DNA of 63,575 nt, the filler included, from Octopus bimaculoides (Eukaryota): the NCBI RefSeq assembly GCF_001194135.2. It is 6 parts of 3 records of this genome, joined end to end, with 100 filler letters (N's around TTAATTAATTAA, not from the genome) between each part and the next. Parts side by side here need not be neighbours in the genome. Positions count along the whole stretch, not along the records: positions 1 to 15,495 come from NC_069000.1; positions 15,596 to 43,994 come from NC_068983.1; 4 more parts are not named here. The stretch is one strand, 5' to 3'. Positions 13,205 through 26,887 of this stretch are shown here, one piece after another. The translations under genes were made by a program, and so were the position numbers. The notes under the pieces were generated by a model, which worked only from the letters and a program-made list of their open reading frames with translations, was not told the DNA's origin and did not search any database. Position 1 is the stretch's first letter. Each line of letters begins with the position of its first letter.

Positions 13205-14452
13205 ATTCTTATATGCCAATATAACTTTACTGATTGGAATATACATATATAGATATATAAATGCATATATACATGTGCATATATATTTTGTAAAATACCT
13301 TAAACATGTATGTTTTAAAACCACATACACTATGGCTGTGTTGACTTTGTACACCATTCTATACAAATTATTGTATACACTTATATCTACAGATTTACAC
13401 CAGATAATTATTTTATACGAATAAAATCTACGTATACGAATACATATAGTCCCACAGAAATAATTTCAAGCACACGGATACACAAACACACACACATTAT
13501 AATGCATTAACAAATATATATATATATATNNNNNNNNNNNNNNNNNNNNNNNNNNNNNNNNNNNNNNNNNNNNNNNNNNNNNNNNNNNNNNNNNNNNNNN
13601 NNNNNNNNNNNNNNNNNNNNNNNNNNNNNNNNNNNNNNNNNNNNNNNNNNNNNNNNNNNNNNNNNNNNNNNNNNNNNNNNNNNNNNNNNNNNNNNNNNNN
13701 NNNNNNNNNNNNNNNNNNNNNNNNNNNNNNNNNNNNNNNNNNNNNNNNNNNNNNNNNNNNNNNNNNNNNNNNNNNNNNNNNNNNNNNNNNNNNNNNNNNN
13801 NNNNNNNNNNNNNNNNNNNNNNNNNNNNNNNNNNNNNNNNNNNNNNNNNNNNNNNNNNNNNNNNNNNNNNNNNNNNNNNNNNNNNNNNNNNNNNNNNNNN
13901 NNNNNNNNNNNNNNNNNNNNNNNNNNNNNNNNNNNNNNNNNNNNNNNNNNNNNNNNNNNNNNNNNNNNNNNNNNNNNNNNNNNNNNNNNNNNNNNNNNNN
14001 NNNNNNNNNNNNNNNNNNNNNNNNNNNNNNNNNNNNNNNNNNNNNNNNNNNNNNNNNNNNNNNNNNNNNNNNNNNNNNNNNNNNNNNNNNNNNNNNNNNN
14101 NNNNNNNNNNNNNNNNNNNNNNNNNNNNNNNNNNNNNNNNNNNNNNNNNNNNNNNNNNNNNNNNNNNNNNNNNNNNNNNNNNNNNNNNNNNNNNNNNNNN
14201 NNNNNNNNNNNNNNNNNNNNNNNNNNNNNNNNNNNNNNNNNNNNNNNNNNNNNNNNNNNNNNNNNNNNNNNNNNNNNNNNNNNNNNNNNNNNNNNNNNNN
14301 NNNNNNNNNNNNNNNNNNNNNNNNNNNNNNNNNNNNNNNNNNNNNNNNNNNNNNNNNNNNNNTATATATATATATACATGTATATACATATATATATATA
14401 AGTGAATGTATATATATACATATATATGTAAACGAATATATACAACCATTGT

Positions 14453-14483
<31 letters not shown>

Positions 14484-15145
14484 TTATATATACATATATA
14501 CCGTATACGTGTCAGTTTATATATGTATATATTTGTATATATACGCAAATACACATTTGTATGTATATGTATATGTACGTATTCACATACGTATATATGT
14601 ATGTATATAAATATATATTAATATATACACACATATATATATTCATATATATATCTGCGCCTGTGAGTGTTATTTGTATATTTACGATGGACATTTTATT
14701 TATTTCACCATATGTAAATATTATAGAAATCCGTGTGTTTGTACGACGCGCGGTTTGTGCATTTCTTATTTAATACATGCATACATACATTTATTGATAA
14801 CATACACACCTACACAAACATATACATACAGGTGCATATAGATATATAATATTCATATTTATACACATACATACATAATCACCCATAAAACGCACGCAGT
14901 TACACAAACACGCCTGTATGTAACGTATGCGAATGTATATATTCTTATATATATATATATGTATATATATATATGTGTGTTTATATATGTATATATATGT
15001 GTATATATATATGTATGTATACATATATGTATATACGTATATGTGTCTATATTCGTACATATTTATGCATATATACGTAATTATACATGCACATATACAT
15101 ATGCATACATATATATATGTTTGTGTGTGAATGTATATATAGATA

Positions 15146-15200
<55 letters not shown>

Positions 15201-15449
15201 GTGTATACATATGAATAGATAGATCTATATACTAATATATACACATATATGCGCACTTACATTTATATATATTTGTGTGCATGTGTATATTGTACATGTA
15301 TACATGTATACATGTATACATATATATATGTATATGCACATACACAGATATATATTTGACTTTTCTTATGCATACATATATGTATATAAATATATATACA
15401 TATATATACACATACACATATATATATGTATGTATATATGTATATATCT

Positions 15450-15495
<46 letters not shown>

Positions 15496-15595
15496 NNNNN
15501 NNNNNNNNNNNNNNNNNNNNNNNNNNNNNNNNNNNNNNNTTAATTAATTAANNNNNNNNNNNNNNNNNNNNNNNNNNNNNNNNNNNNNNNNNNNN
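15496..15595. other. Artificial scaffold linker N44-TTAATTAATTAA-N44
   Basis: The identical structure recurs at 43995-44094, 53074-53173, 56497-56596 and 61442-61541. Confidence 0.95.
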
Positions 15596-16190
15596 GCTAC
15601 CATGGGTAGGACGATTTGACTGAGGACTGGTGGACCAGGTGGCTACACCAGGCTCCAATCTGATTTGGCAGAGTTTCTACAGCTGGATGCCCTTCCTAAC
15701 GCCAACCACTCCGAGAGTGTAGTAGGTGCTTTTACGTGCCACCGGCACGAAGGCCGGTCAGGCGGTACTGGCAATGGCCACGCTCGTACGGTGCTCTTAG
15801 TGCTCCACTGGTACAGGTGCCATCACGATTTCGCTTTCGCTTGCCCCAACAGGTCTTCGCAAGCCGAGTTTAGTGTTCAAGGAAAGAGACGTTAACATGG
15901 GTGCCAGTCTACAAATTTAGTTCGATTTCGATTTCATTTGCCTCAACAGGTCTTCGCAAGCGGAGTGTAGTGTCCAATGAAAGGAATGTTACGCATAAGG
16001 CCTTGGATTTTGGTCTCACTTGGCTTGCCGGGTCTTCTCACGCACAGCATATTTCCAAAGGTCTCGGTCACAAGTCATTGCCTCGGTGAGGCCTAATGTT
16101 CGGAGGTCGTGCTTCACCACCTCTTCCCAGGCCTACTTGGGCCTGCTTCTTCCACGGGTTCCCTCAACAGCTAGGGTGTGGAGGTGTTTG
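15596..16190 (-). mobile_element. RTE-clade LINE 3' end
   Basis: Minus-strand VEGTRGRSRPK*AWEEVVKHDLRTLGLTEAMTCDRDLWKYAVREKTRQAK*, then a 3' UTR also seen at ~36730, 37010, 50200-50890 and 52215. Confidence 0.8.
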
Positions 16191-16239
16191 TGATGCTAGC
16201 TGGTGTGATTTTATGGCTTACTGATATGCCGAGAGAGAT

Positions 16240-17270
16240 CCAGCTCTGTTTCTCATATTTTCTAAGCACATCTACCTTTGCTCTTGACTCATATGTTCTC
16301 GATTCTGTTGATCTCTATCTCTCTTATTTTGAAAATACACTTCTCTTCGGTCCTGGCTCACTTGTTCTATCCTCGGCTGATTTCTTTCCCTCCTATGCCA
16401 TAGGATACGCTCCCTCTCCTCTTGGCTTATTTCGTTTCTTCTCTGTCTCATCCTCGCGCGCTTTCGATTCCTTATTTCCTCCCACTGTTCCTCGCGCAAT
16501 CGTTCTCGTGCTACGTCCCTCATGCGATTATCCATATTTTAAAACTTGTTATTAAAACAATAAATCTCCAGAATGATTCAGAGTGTTTCAATTGAAAAAC
16601 ATATACGAATGTATCAGACAGTTTTTGTTTAAAAGTTTAAAATATTTCTGAAAAACTCATCTAATATGCAAGGACATAGTATATAGGATGCCGTAATTAA
16701 TTATATTGTAGGAAAATAAAAAGTAGAGGGAAAAAATAGAATTAATATTTTTGATTTTGTTCGGCTCTATGAATTTAATTTTTTTTAATACTTTCGTTAA
16801 TTGCTTGATACAAGAAAAAAGAAATTGGAAAAATCCTGACCAAAACAGAAATTCTAACTTAACAAAAAAATATAGAAAGAGAAAGATGCGTTTATTTCCA
16901 CCACATGACACTTATTATCGCACACACATACATACACACATACATTCAAGTGTGTGTGTATTTTAGTTTTTGTTTACTTATACACATCAACAAATGAGCC
17001 AATTGAACAACTCTGTGTGGTTGTTCAATTTGCTAGAAATAACAGACAAATCTGTCTCATACTATGCTCTTGTATCTCATACTATTAAAGAAAGGGAAAA
17101 AATAGAATTAATATTTTTGATTTTGTTCAGCTCTATGAATTTAATTTTTTTTTATGCTTTAGTCCATTACTTGATACAAGAAAAAAGAAAAGAAATTGAA
17201 AAAATCCTGACCAAAACAGAAAGAGAAAGAAAAGGTTGTATTCGAAAGCCAAAAGATGTTCTTTAGCTGA
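16240..17270 (-). mobile_element. Helitron-like 5' relic with an R/E/Q-rich STPR-like ORF
   Basis: ORF 16272-16535 (RERLREEQWEEIRNRKRARMRQRR...) and an internal ~150-bp direct repeat at ~16730 and ~17095. Confidence 0.5.
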
Positions 17271-18354
17271 GGTGCAATTTTATAATTAAAACAAATTCAA
17301 AGTTTAAATTTCGGAACATAAGACTTAACATGTTATCTGGTGTATGGCCAATTTCAAATGGGTTGAAGACCTAAATCAAATGTGTGTGTGCGTCTGTCTG
17401 TCTATCTGTGAGTGTGTGGTTGGGCCTTTAATAGCCAGGGGTCAATATCNNNNNNNNNNNNNNNNNNNNNNNNNNNNNNNNNNNNNNNNNNNNNNNNNNN
17501 NNNNNNNNNNNNNNNNNNNNNNNNNNNNNNNNNNNNNNNNNNNNNNNNNNNNNNNNNNNNNNNNNNNNNNNNNNNNNNNNNNNNNNNNNNNNNNNNNNNN
17601 NNNNNNNNNNNNNNNNNNNNNNNNNNNNNNNNNNNNNNNNNNNNNNNNNNNNNNNNNNNNNNNNNNNNNNNNNNNNNNNNNNNNNNNNNNNNNNNNNNNN
17701 NNNNNNNNNNNNNNNNNNNNNNNNNNNNNNNNNNNNNNNNNNNNNNNNNNNNNNNNNNNNNNNNNNNNNNNNNNNNNNNNNNNNNNNNNNNNNNNNNNNN
17801 NNNNNNNNNNNNNNNNNNNNNNNNNNNNNNNNNNNNNNNNNNNNNNNNNNNNNNNNNNNNNNNNNNNNNNNNNNNNNNNNNNNNNNNNNNNNNNNNNNNN
17901 NNNNNNNNNNNNNNNNNNNNNNNNNNNNNNNNNNNNNNNNNNNNNNNNNNNNNNNNNNNNNNNNNNNNNNNNNNNNNNNNNNNNNNNNNNNNNNNNNNNN
18001 NNNNNNNNNNNNNNNNNNNNNNNNNNNNNNNNNNNNNNNNNNNNNNNNNNNNNNNNNNNNNNNNNNNNNNNNNNNNNNNNNNNNNNNNNNNNNNNNNNNN
18101 NNNNNNNNNNNNNNNNNNNNNNNNNNNNNNNNNNNNNNNNNNNNNNNNNNNNNNNNNNNNNNNNNNNNNNNNNNNNNNNNNNNNNNNNNNNNNNNNNNNN
18201 NNNNNNNNNNNNNNNNNNNNNNNNNNNNNNNNNNNNNNNNNNNNNNNNNNNNNNNNNNNNNNNNNNNNNNNNNNNNNNNNNNNNNNNNNNNNNNNNNNNN
18301 NNNNNNNNNNNNNNNNNNNNNNNNNNNNNNNNNNNNNNNNNNNNNNNNNNNNNN

Positions 18355-18654
18355 TTGGGGTTTGAATAATTCACCTTTGGAAACATGGGTGTTTTGTTCA
18401 TTATCCTTAAAACAAACCTTATTCAGGGACCTTTTGAGCGGGATGGGCTACTCGACCTGAAGAAAATTCTAACTGGGCCCCACCTGCGAGGTCATGCACT
18501 GTTTATCTTGATATGAGATCGCCATGTAGCGCACATATGGTTGTGATGCATGTGCCTGGTGTACCCTTATCAGATGGGTAGTCATGATGGGTATATTGGG
18601 CTTTGTATATTTTACCCCAGTGTCACTTTGATGGCATGCACTGCTCTCTCACTC

Positions 18655-18660
<6 letters not shown>
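18355..18660 (+). mobile_element. Dispersed retro-like repeat ending in (TAA)n
   Basis: A second, more complete copy lies at ~45390-45810 with the same (TAA)n tail. Confidence 0.7.
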
Positions 18661-18706
<46 letters not shown>

Positions 18707-18959
18707 GTGATGATGGTGATGATGATGATACTAATAGCAACAACAACAACAAATATCTACGCCCTAAGCACTATCAAAATAATTTAACAACTGAAGTGTG
18801 ATTCTTGATCAATAGAACTTATGATATATGTATGATAGTGATGTGTGGTTAATGTCTCTCACATGAGTGGGTCTGAATTGATAATTTGAGCTCTTTTCAT
18901 AAGATTTAAAGATATATTTAATTGGAGATGTTTCAATGTTTTCTTTTATACTATACATT

Positions 18960-18992
<33 letters not shown>

Positions 18993-19905
18993 AACAAACA
19001 CACATACATGTACACACTCTCGCTAATAAAGATAAAAAGCAAAAGGCATAGTCATTTTGTAAGACATGAAACAAAAACGTCAAACGTGTTTTTGTGCTTG
19101 AATATATTAAAAAAAAATGAGCGTCTGAGTTTCCTTGTACATGTGTGTGTNNNNNNNNNNNNNNNNNNNNNNNNNNNNNNNNNNNNNNNNNNNNNNNNNN
19201 NNNNNNNNNNNNNNNNNNNNNNNNNNNNNNNNNNNNNNNNNNNNNNNNNNNNNNNNNNNNNNNNNNNNNNNNNNNNNNNNNNNNNNNNNNNNNNNNNNNN
19301 NNNNNNNNNNNNNNNNNNNNNNNNNNNNNNNNNNNNNNNNNNNNNNNNNNNNNNNNNNNNNNNNNNNNNNNNNNNNNNNNNNNNNNNNNNNNNNNNNNNN
19401 NNNNNNNNNNNNNNNNNNNNNNNNNNNNNNNNNNNNNNNNNNNNCTAAGAAAGAAAAGATTCGAAAAAGCAACTAACGTGAGAATGAAGCTGGGTGGAAA
19501 AAGAGTCACTGGTAATCCGTCGGTTACGACGACTATGGTTCCAGTTGATCCGATCATCAGAATAGTCTACTCGTGAAATTAGCGTGCAAGTGGTTGAGCA
19601 CTCCACAGACACACGTAGCCTTAACATAGTTTTCAAGGAGATTCAGCGTGACACGGAATTTGCCGAGGCTGGCCCTTTGAAATACAAGTACAACTCATTT
19701 TTGCCAGCTGAGTACATTGAAGCAACGTGAAATAAAGTGTCTTGCTCAAAGAGACAACGCATGGGCGGGAATCGATATGAATCGAATACCCTAATCCCTA
19801 AACCACGCGTTAGGCTATTCGGCCCAATGAAAGAAAATAATGCAAAGTCTCAAGGATTGACAGAATTGGGAGAAGGAGAAGGAGAAAAAGAAAGAGAAAG
19901 CACAT

Positions 19906-19947
<42 letters not shown>

Positions 19948-20267
19948 GAACGGACTTAAAGAAGGGGGAACAGGTGATGAAAGGAGAAAGAGAGGGAGAG
20001 AGAGAGAAAGGTTCGAATGATAGAGATGTTAGACTTTATTGTAAAAATATTGCCATGAATAATTTTAGACATGTGAGCAGAGCAATTAAGAAAACAGAGA
20101 GATTAAGTCATTTGGCGAGGTGTGGGGTCGGTGAGACTCGAAGCAAATATGCTATAAATAACAGCGTTTAAATATCCGAGTAACACCGTCCCCCCACACA
20201 AAAGAAAACAAGAATTATTTCATGTTCTCTCGAAGTTTCCAAATTCTTATGACGTCAACAATAGAGA

Positions 20268-20712
20268 TTAAGTATTTAATATGAGAAAGAGAAGGGTAGG
20301 TCTAGCTAATAAAAGAAAGATGAAGCGGGACAGAGAAAGAGGAGGAAAGAGAGAGGAAGAGGAGAGAGGAAGAGGAGAGAGGAGAGAGGAGAGAGGGAGA
20401 GAAGAGAGAGGGAGAGAAGAGAGAGGGAGAGAAGAGAGAGGGAGAGAAGAGAGAGAGAGAGAAGAGAGAGGGAGAGAAGAGAGAAGGAGAGAAGAGAGAG
20501 GGAGAGAAGAGAGAGGGAGAGAAGAGAGAGNNNNNNNNNNNNNNNNNNNNNNNNNNNNNNNNNNNNNNNNNNNNNNNNNNNNNNNNNNNNNNNNNNNNNN
20601 NNNNNNNNNNNNGAGAAGAGAGAGGGAGAGAAGAGAGAGGGAGAGAAGAGAGAGGGAGAGAAGAGAGAGGGAGAGAAGAGAGAGGGAGAGAAGAGAGAGG
20701 GAGAGAGAGTGA
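20268..20712. repeat. Purine-rich 15-bp minisatellite (GGAGAGAAGAGAGAG)n
   Basis: Directly visible, interrupted by an N gap. Confidence 0.9.
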
Positions 20713-20879
20713 CAGTATGAGGCAGAAATGATTACAGAAGGAAAACAAAGCAAGTGGAGAAAGTATAGATAGCGATGTATTTTTGATTGGAAACAAAGAA
20801 CTTGTATTTTAGGGGAAAGGGGAATAGAAAGTGTGATGTAAGTGAAGTGAAATTACTTCAATCGGGAACTGACATCGTT

Positions 20880-21385
20880 TGCAGGAATTACAATTAGTCT
20901 GACTTCTAATACGAATTATTATTGTTAGGTTTTTTTCTCGAACAGTCGCGACTGCAAGAACTGAAGATAAATACTTCCTTGATATTTTACTTGGAGAGGA
21001 ATCCTAAGATAGAGGGAAAGGTATAAGGTGATGGCCTTCCCTCGCAAATCTATTGAAAAATGTGAGAGGGCGGATATGATCCGAGTGAACTGGCTAACTC
21101 TAAGGAAATGACAAATAAGAAGAGACATTTGCCCGAAATATTCAGACTAGTTTGGGATGTGTGAGGTTCCTTGATTGGACCTAGAAAGCATTTCCCTCCA
21201 ACTGAGAATTTACTTTGCTCATTTTTATTTTGTTATCCTTCTTGCTTTGTTTTTTCTCGTCTTCCAGTTTACGTGCGTTCTATGTAAACGTTCCTATTTA
21301 TTGTAACCTATCCTGTTCTTTGTAATGTATCACGTTTTTTTTTCTGCTCTTCTGGCAAATAAAGAATCGTCGTCGTCATCATCCA
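20880..21385 (+). mobile_element. Degenerate LINE-like 3' end
   Basis: Stop-riddled ORF remnant, T-rich UTR, then AATAAAGAA and a (TCG/TCA)n tail. Confidence 0.4.
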
Positions 21386-22182
21386 GCGTAACGAACATGG
21401 TTTCATTCTTTGAATCATGTATGAAACCAACATTTTTTTAAATTCTACCAAACTCTGGCAAACTCGTTAACATTTAAAAATCGTATATTCTCAGATGTAC
21501 CCTTTTTCCATTTTGGATGAAGAATCTGTAAAGAAAATGTTAAATTTTGTACATGTTATTTGGTTTTCTTTAAAGGCATTTTAGATATCGACTTAACTAG
21601 CCTGTAACTGTCAACAGCAGTGAAACTTTGTTTAAAGAAATAGACATGCTTTAATACAAAGTTCGTTTTCCGGTATTCTTCTATAATATATTCCAGACTA
21701 TCACTGCCAACACCGGGTCTGTACAATCTGCCACTATCGATATTGGTCCTCATGTTCACATTGCCAAACCTTATTAAGTCCCAACTGAATATCATATTTA
21801 TCGTGAATACAATTTTCAAAACTCAATAATTGATTAGCCCAAAATAGGATTATATCTGAAGTCCCTGTTTAATGTGAACTGTTAATTAATAATTATCCTT
21901 ATAGTTATGTATAAAGGCATTTCATTTGATGTGTTTGTGTGTGTGTGTGTGTGTTTATGTACGAGCACTAAGTATGAAATAATTTAGAGAAAATAGAATT
22001 CGAATACCAAAGGTAGAGTTAATTAATGAGTTTTATTGAAACTGAAAATCTTCACAAACCATTCTCCGCGTTTGATGCAATCAATCTTCAGACAGAAGCC
22101 TTATGATTTTTATATTCTGTTTGATACTCATTTACATAAAACTCGGTGTAACGGTTTGTGAAAATTTTCAGCTTCTATAACA

Positions 22183-22273
<91 letters not shown>

Positions 22274-22394
22274 ACTAGCCCTCTATCAATCTACCTCTAC
22301 ACAGACAAATAAACAAATATTTGTGTGTGAGCATGGGTGCGCCTGTGTGCATGTGAGGGTTTGTATATGTATGCATGTATACATACACGTGAGT

Positions 22395-22431
<37 letters not shown>

Positions 22432-22758
22432 CTTTCCTGTTTGGAGTTTCTCTGCTAACTGAAATTCCTTTCAAATTCTTCTTCTAGCCAATATTCCTCC
22501 CATTATATTTTATTTTTCTCCCTGGTCAGCCGAATACCTCCGACATTAGAAACTACTGACTAGTTCCGTTGACTTAATCGATTCCTATACTTTTCCTAAC
22601 ACCTTACCTATCGAAATAAATAAAAGACGTGGTAAAGTTGATCTTGGGTGGTATTTGAATTCAGAAAATGAAGAGATGCATTCCAGTATGTAAGAAACAA
22701 TATATCCAAAGAATTTGTTCAGCCAGCTCAGTACGTTACGACAAATCTAAGCAATACA

Positions 22759-22796
<38 letters not shown>

Positions 22797-23358
22797 TATA
22801 TACATATACATATATACATATACATATACATATATATATATATACACATACATACATACATACATACATACATACACACATACATACATATATACATATA
22901 TATATATACACACACACACACAAACTCACACGTACATGTATACATACATTATCACTCAACGGAATAATATCTTTATTGTCATCTGCTCCAGCATGACCAC
23001 AGTGAAATGAGTGAAACAAGTAAATAAATAAAAGAGTAAAAGAATAAATCGATCAGACAGCTTTTACTTCATGTGTATGTGATTGTGCGTGTATGTGTAT
23101 GTATGTATGTATGTATGTATGTATCTATGTGTGTGTGTGTATGTATGTATGTATGTATGTACGTATAATATTTTCGCGAACTAACAAAAACAGCCCTGCT
23201 TAAATCACCATTTAGCTTACTAACACTAGCTCTTCCCCTCACCTTAGTTATTCCTTCCATCCTTATATTTCATTGTCTGCTCGCCTGATTGCATGTCTCT
23301 CCAGCATTCTTATTACGGATGATTCCCACTCTTCTTCTCTCGCTCTCTCTCCCTCCCT

Positions 23359-23414
<56 letters not shown>

Positions 23415-24033
23415 GACTCCTTTGTATGTACGTCATTATAAAACTCGACAAATCACAAATTAACTTCTACCATATTTATAATACTAATCAAGTATGTCAT
23501 GAAAGGAATAACAATCTATTTGATTTATAAATACATCGGAAATAATTTGAGTGTTAAAAATTAAAATTTGTCTTTCACTTGAACGTAAAAAATTTCCAAT
23601 ATATGTCTACATACGTGTATATATATATTTGTGTGTGTGTATGTATGTATGTATGTATGTATGTATGTATGTACCTACATAGTATATATACATATATACA
23701 CACACACATATACCCGTAGTGTACATCTGTATATGTGTGTTTGTGTGTTTTCAATACATTTCAATAAAACAATTACGAATTTATCTATGAGCTGTGAATA
23801 AATATCAAAAAACACTAGCATTTGAAGCAGCAAACGGCAAGTAAAAGCGAAAGTAGTTGAAATACTTCAACTATATGAATGTGTAAGTGCGGACCGGGGA
23901 GGGTAGGCGGAGTGTAAGTGAATGCTAGCGTGTTTAACGCCAATGTATTGGAATAATTTCTAATATTATTTCCAGTGTTCAATAACAATTACAAATCGAA
24001 GCTACATACTTATGTACACACTTACATATGCGC

Positions 24034-24071
<38 letters not shown>

Positions 24072-24116
24072 TCATGCATGCATATATAGAGATAGATACA
24101 CATACACTCTCTCTCT

Positions 24117-24171
<55 letters not shown>

Positions 24172-25019
24172 TCTCGTTTTATTTTGTGGGAAATCACTTC
24201 AATCTTTAATTTCGTCTTCTAAGTGTTCTCTTATATAATTGCACATAGAAAACATCTCCCAAACCAGTGAGTAAAAAGGTTTTTTGAACTTCGTGTGATT
24301 TTAACACCTTTTTTCCGTTCTTTTCTCTTTCCGTATTTTTTAATTCTTTTTTTTTTTTTTTACTATTATTATTTCTAAAATGAAAAATAAAAACAGTTCA
24401 AAACAATTTAATCTCAGTTAAGGTTTGTTTTAACATACAAATATATCGTTACTTGATTTCCTATCGTTTACATACGAATGCGTTTCATATATAGCCCATT
24501 TTGAAAGTCGGGGAGGGAAAAGGCAGCTTTCCCCTCACAAAACCGTTCGTACCAGAAGAACCAGACAAACGAGGTATCCCCTTGGTAAAACGAACAAAAC
24601 CAGAGCACCACCCATATATCTACAACATATGTTTATGCCAATCTAGCATATTACTCTTTCCTACAGTGAAAATCAAGTAAGTGAAAAAGCTTCGCCATTA
24701 CAACATCACTTGACTTCTGTTGTCGGAATCGTTGCGTGTCGTACTGGCTATACTCCATCAAACTCGGTTCGTCGCTTCAATGAACAAATTTGTGACCAGA
24801 TAGGAAATTTTCCAACTATCCGTTGAACATGGTTAGAAACTCAGTTGGTGTTAAATACGTCCTTTTAAAAGTTCTATATCAATGCACAACATGGCTGTTT
24901 TACTAGTCACCAGAGGGCATTACAGTCGCGTTAATTCGCCGAGACTTCGGAGAAACCGAATGTTTAAGTGTACAAGTATGCGTAGGCTTGTGTGTGTTCA
25001 TGTGTACATGCGTGTATGT

Positions 25020-25056
<37 letters not shown>

Positions 25057-25228
25057 TGTGTGCATGTGTGAGTATAGATATACAACGAAATAGATGTTTA
25101 TCACTCAACGGAATAATATCTTTATTGCCATCTTACCCATACAATCGATCAGACTGTTTTTACTTAATGGTGGCGTATCTTTCCCCTCACTTCCCAACTC
25201 TCTCTCTCTTTCTTTCTCGCTCTCTTTT

Positions 25229-25287
<59 letters not shown>

Positions 25288-26223
25288 CTCTCTCGCTATA
25301 TATGTGCATATGTGTGTGTATACACGTGTGCGCGTGTCTGTACGCATGTGTATGTGTCCGCCATAGCACTATACTTTCCCCCACTTCAGACGACAAAAAC
25401 GACTAAATGATGAGGTATGTTCCGATGTCTGGTTCTAATCGCGATAGATAGATGTGATAACGTTGACACAATTAATTTCAACAAAAGTTCAGCCAAATAT
25501 ATCGCAAAATCACTTTCTTCCCTTCTTTCCATTCCCAATCATTTTGTTTTTTGGAACAATATCATCTATAGAAGCCTTCTTTTCTCTAGCTTAGCTTCAC
25601 ACATCTCTAGCAGAAACGCACGTAATTACCGTGTTATAATACTAATATAGCTTACTAAATTGATTGATTCGTTTATTTTTATCTATTTAGTTTTATTAAC
25701 CAGCATCCTCTGACACTGATTGCAGATAAAGTTATTCCGGAGCGAGTAAAACTGTTTTTAAATTGGGTTGATTATCCGTAGAATAAGGCAAATATATTAA
25801 CAACAGAAGGTTAATATGCCAAATTGATCGTCACACGCACGCATACATACACACACACACACACACACACAATCGTACACATACTGGCACACACAACCAT
25901 ACACACACGTGTACACGCACGTATATATATATATACGCATTCTATATGTATATATACATATATATGAGTGCACGCACACACTCCTACTTAGACATATATA
26001 AATACACACAAGCACAGACACACATGTATGACATATAGAATGCGTATATATATATACATGCGTGTGCACGTGTGTATATATANNNNNNNNNNNNNNNNNN
26101 NNNNNNNNNNNNNNNNNNNNNNNNNNNNNNNNNNNNNNNNNNNNNNNNNNNNNNNNNNNNNNNNNNNNNNNNNNNNNNNNNNNNNNNTATATATATATAT
26201 ATATATATATATACCTACATACA

Positions 26224-26254
<31 letters not shown>

Positions 26255-26815
26255 GTATATATATATATGTGTGTGTGCGTGTATAAATACATATACACAC
26301 ACATATACGTGTATATGTATATTTGTGTGTGTGTGTGTATGTAACATAAATAACTGAATCTATATTCTATCTTTCACTCTTTCTGTCTCTAGATATATAA
26401 AAGATATGACTATTTCATTTCAAATTCACATTGCCAAAATTAAAAACAGATTAATGTTCTAAAGGAAAATACTTCACATCCACATAACTGTTTATCTGAT
26501 GTTCCGTATTTCTGAGTGGAACTGTTCTGTCACACTGATATGCTCCTTATCTGAACATATCTTCGTGGTTGCTTCCTACTGGGCAAAAATCAAACACAAA
26601 CTAAACGTATCTTCTCTATAGGAATACCTACTGTGTGTATTAAACGGGCCAATAACTCATGTATTGGTCTCGTGTATGTTATACCCAGAGGACAAGGATA
26701 GTACACACGTTTTTTTGCTTGTTTTATTCATTCTCTAAATCTGCAGTCTCTTGATTATCAACTGGAAATTTTAACAGTAAGTCAACTAACAGTCATTAGA
26801 TGTAGTGAGCGCATG

Positions 26816-26887
<72 letters not shown>

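Noticed and set aside
9925-17270. One large Helitron enclosing the PLEKHG7 terminal exon (gene capture)
   Set aside because: The exon splices in frame with host exons outside the span, and a linker gap separates the two Helitron pieces.
21556-21784. Minus-strand terminal-exon-like ORF (WDLIRFGNVNMRT...)
   Set aside because: No homology, and its phase does not join the 28.5-kb candidate exon.
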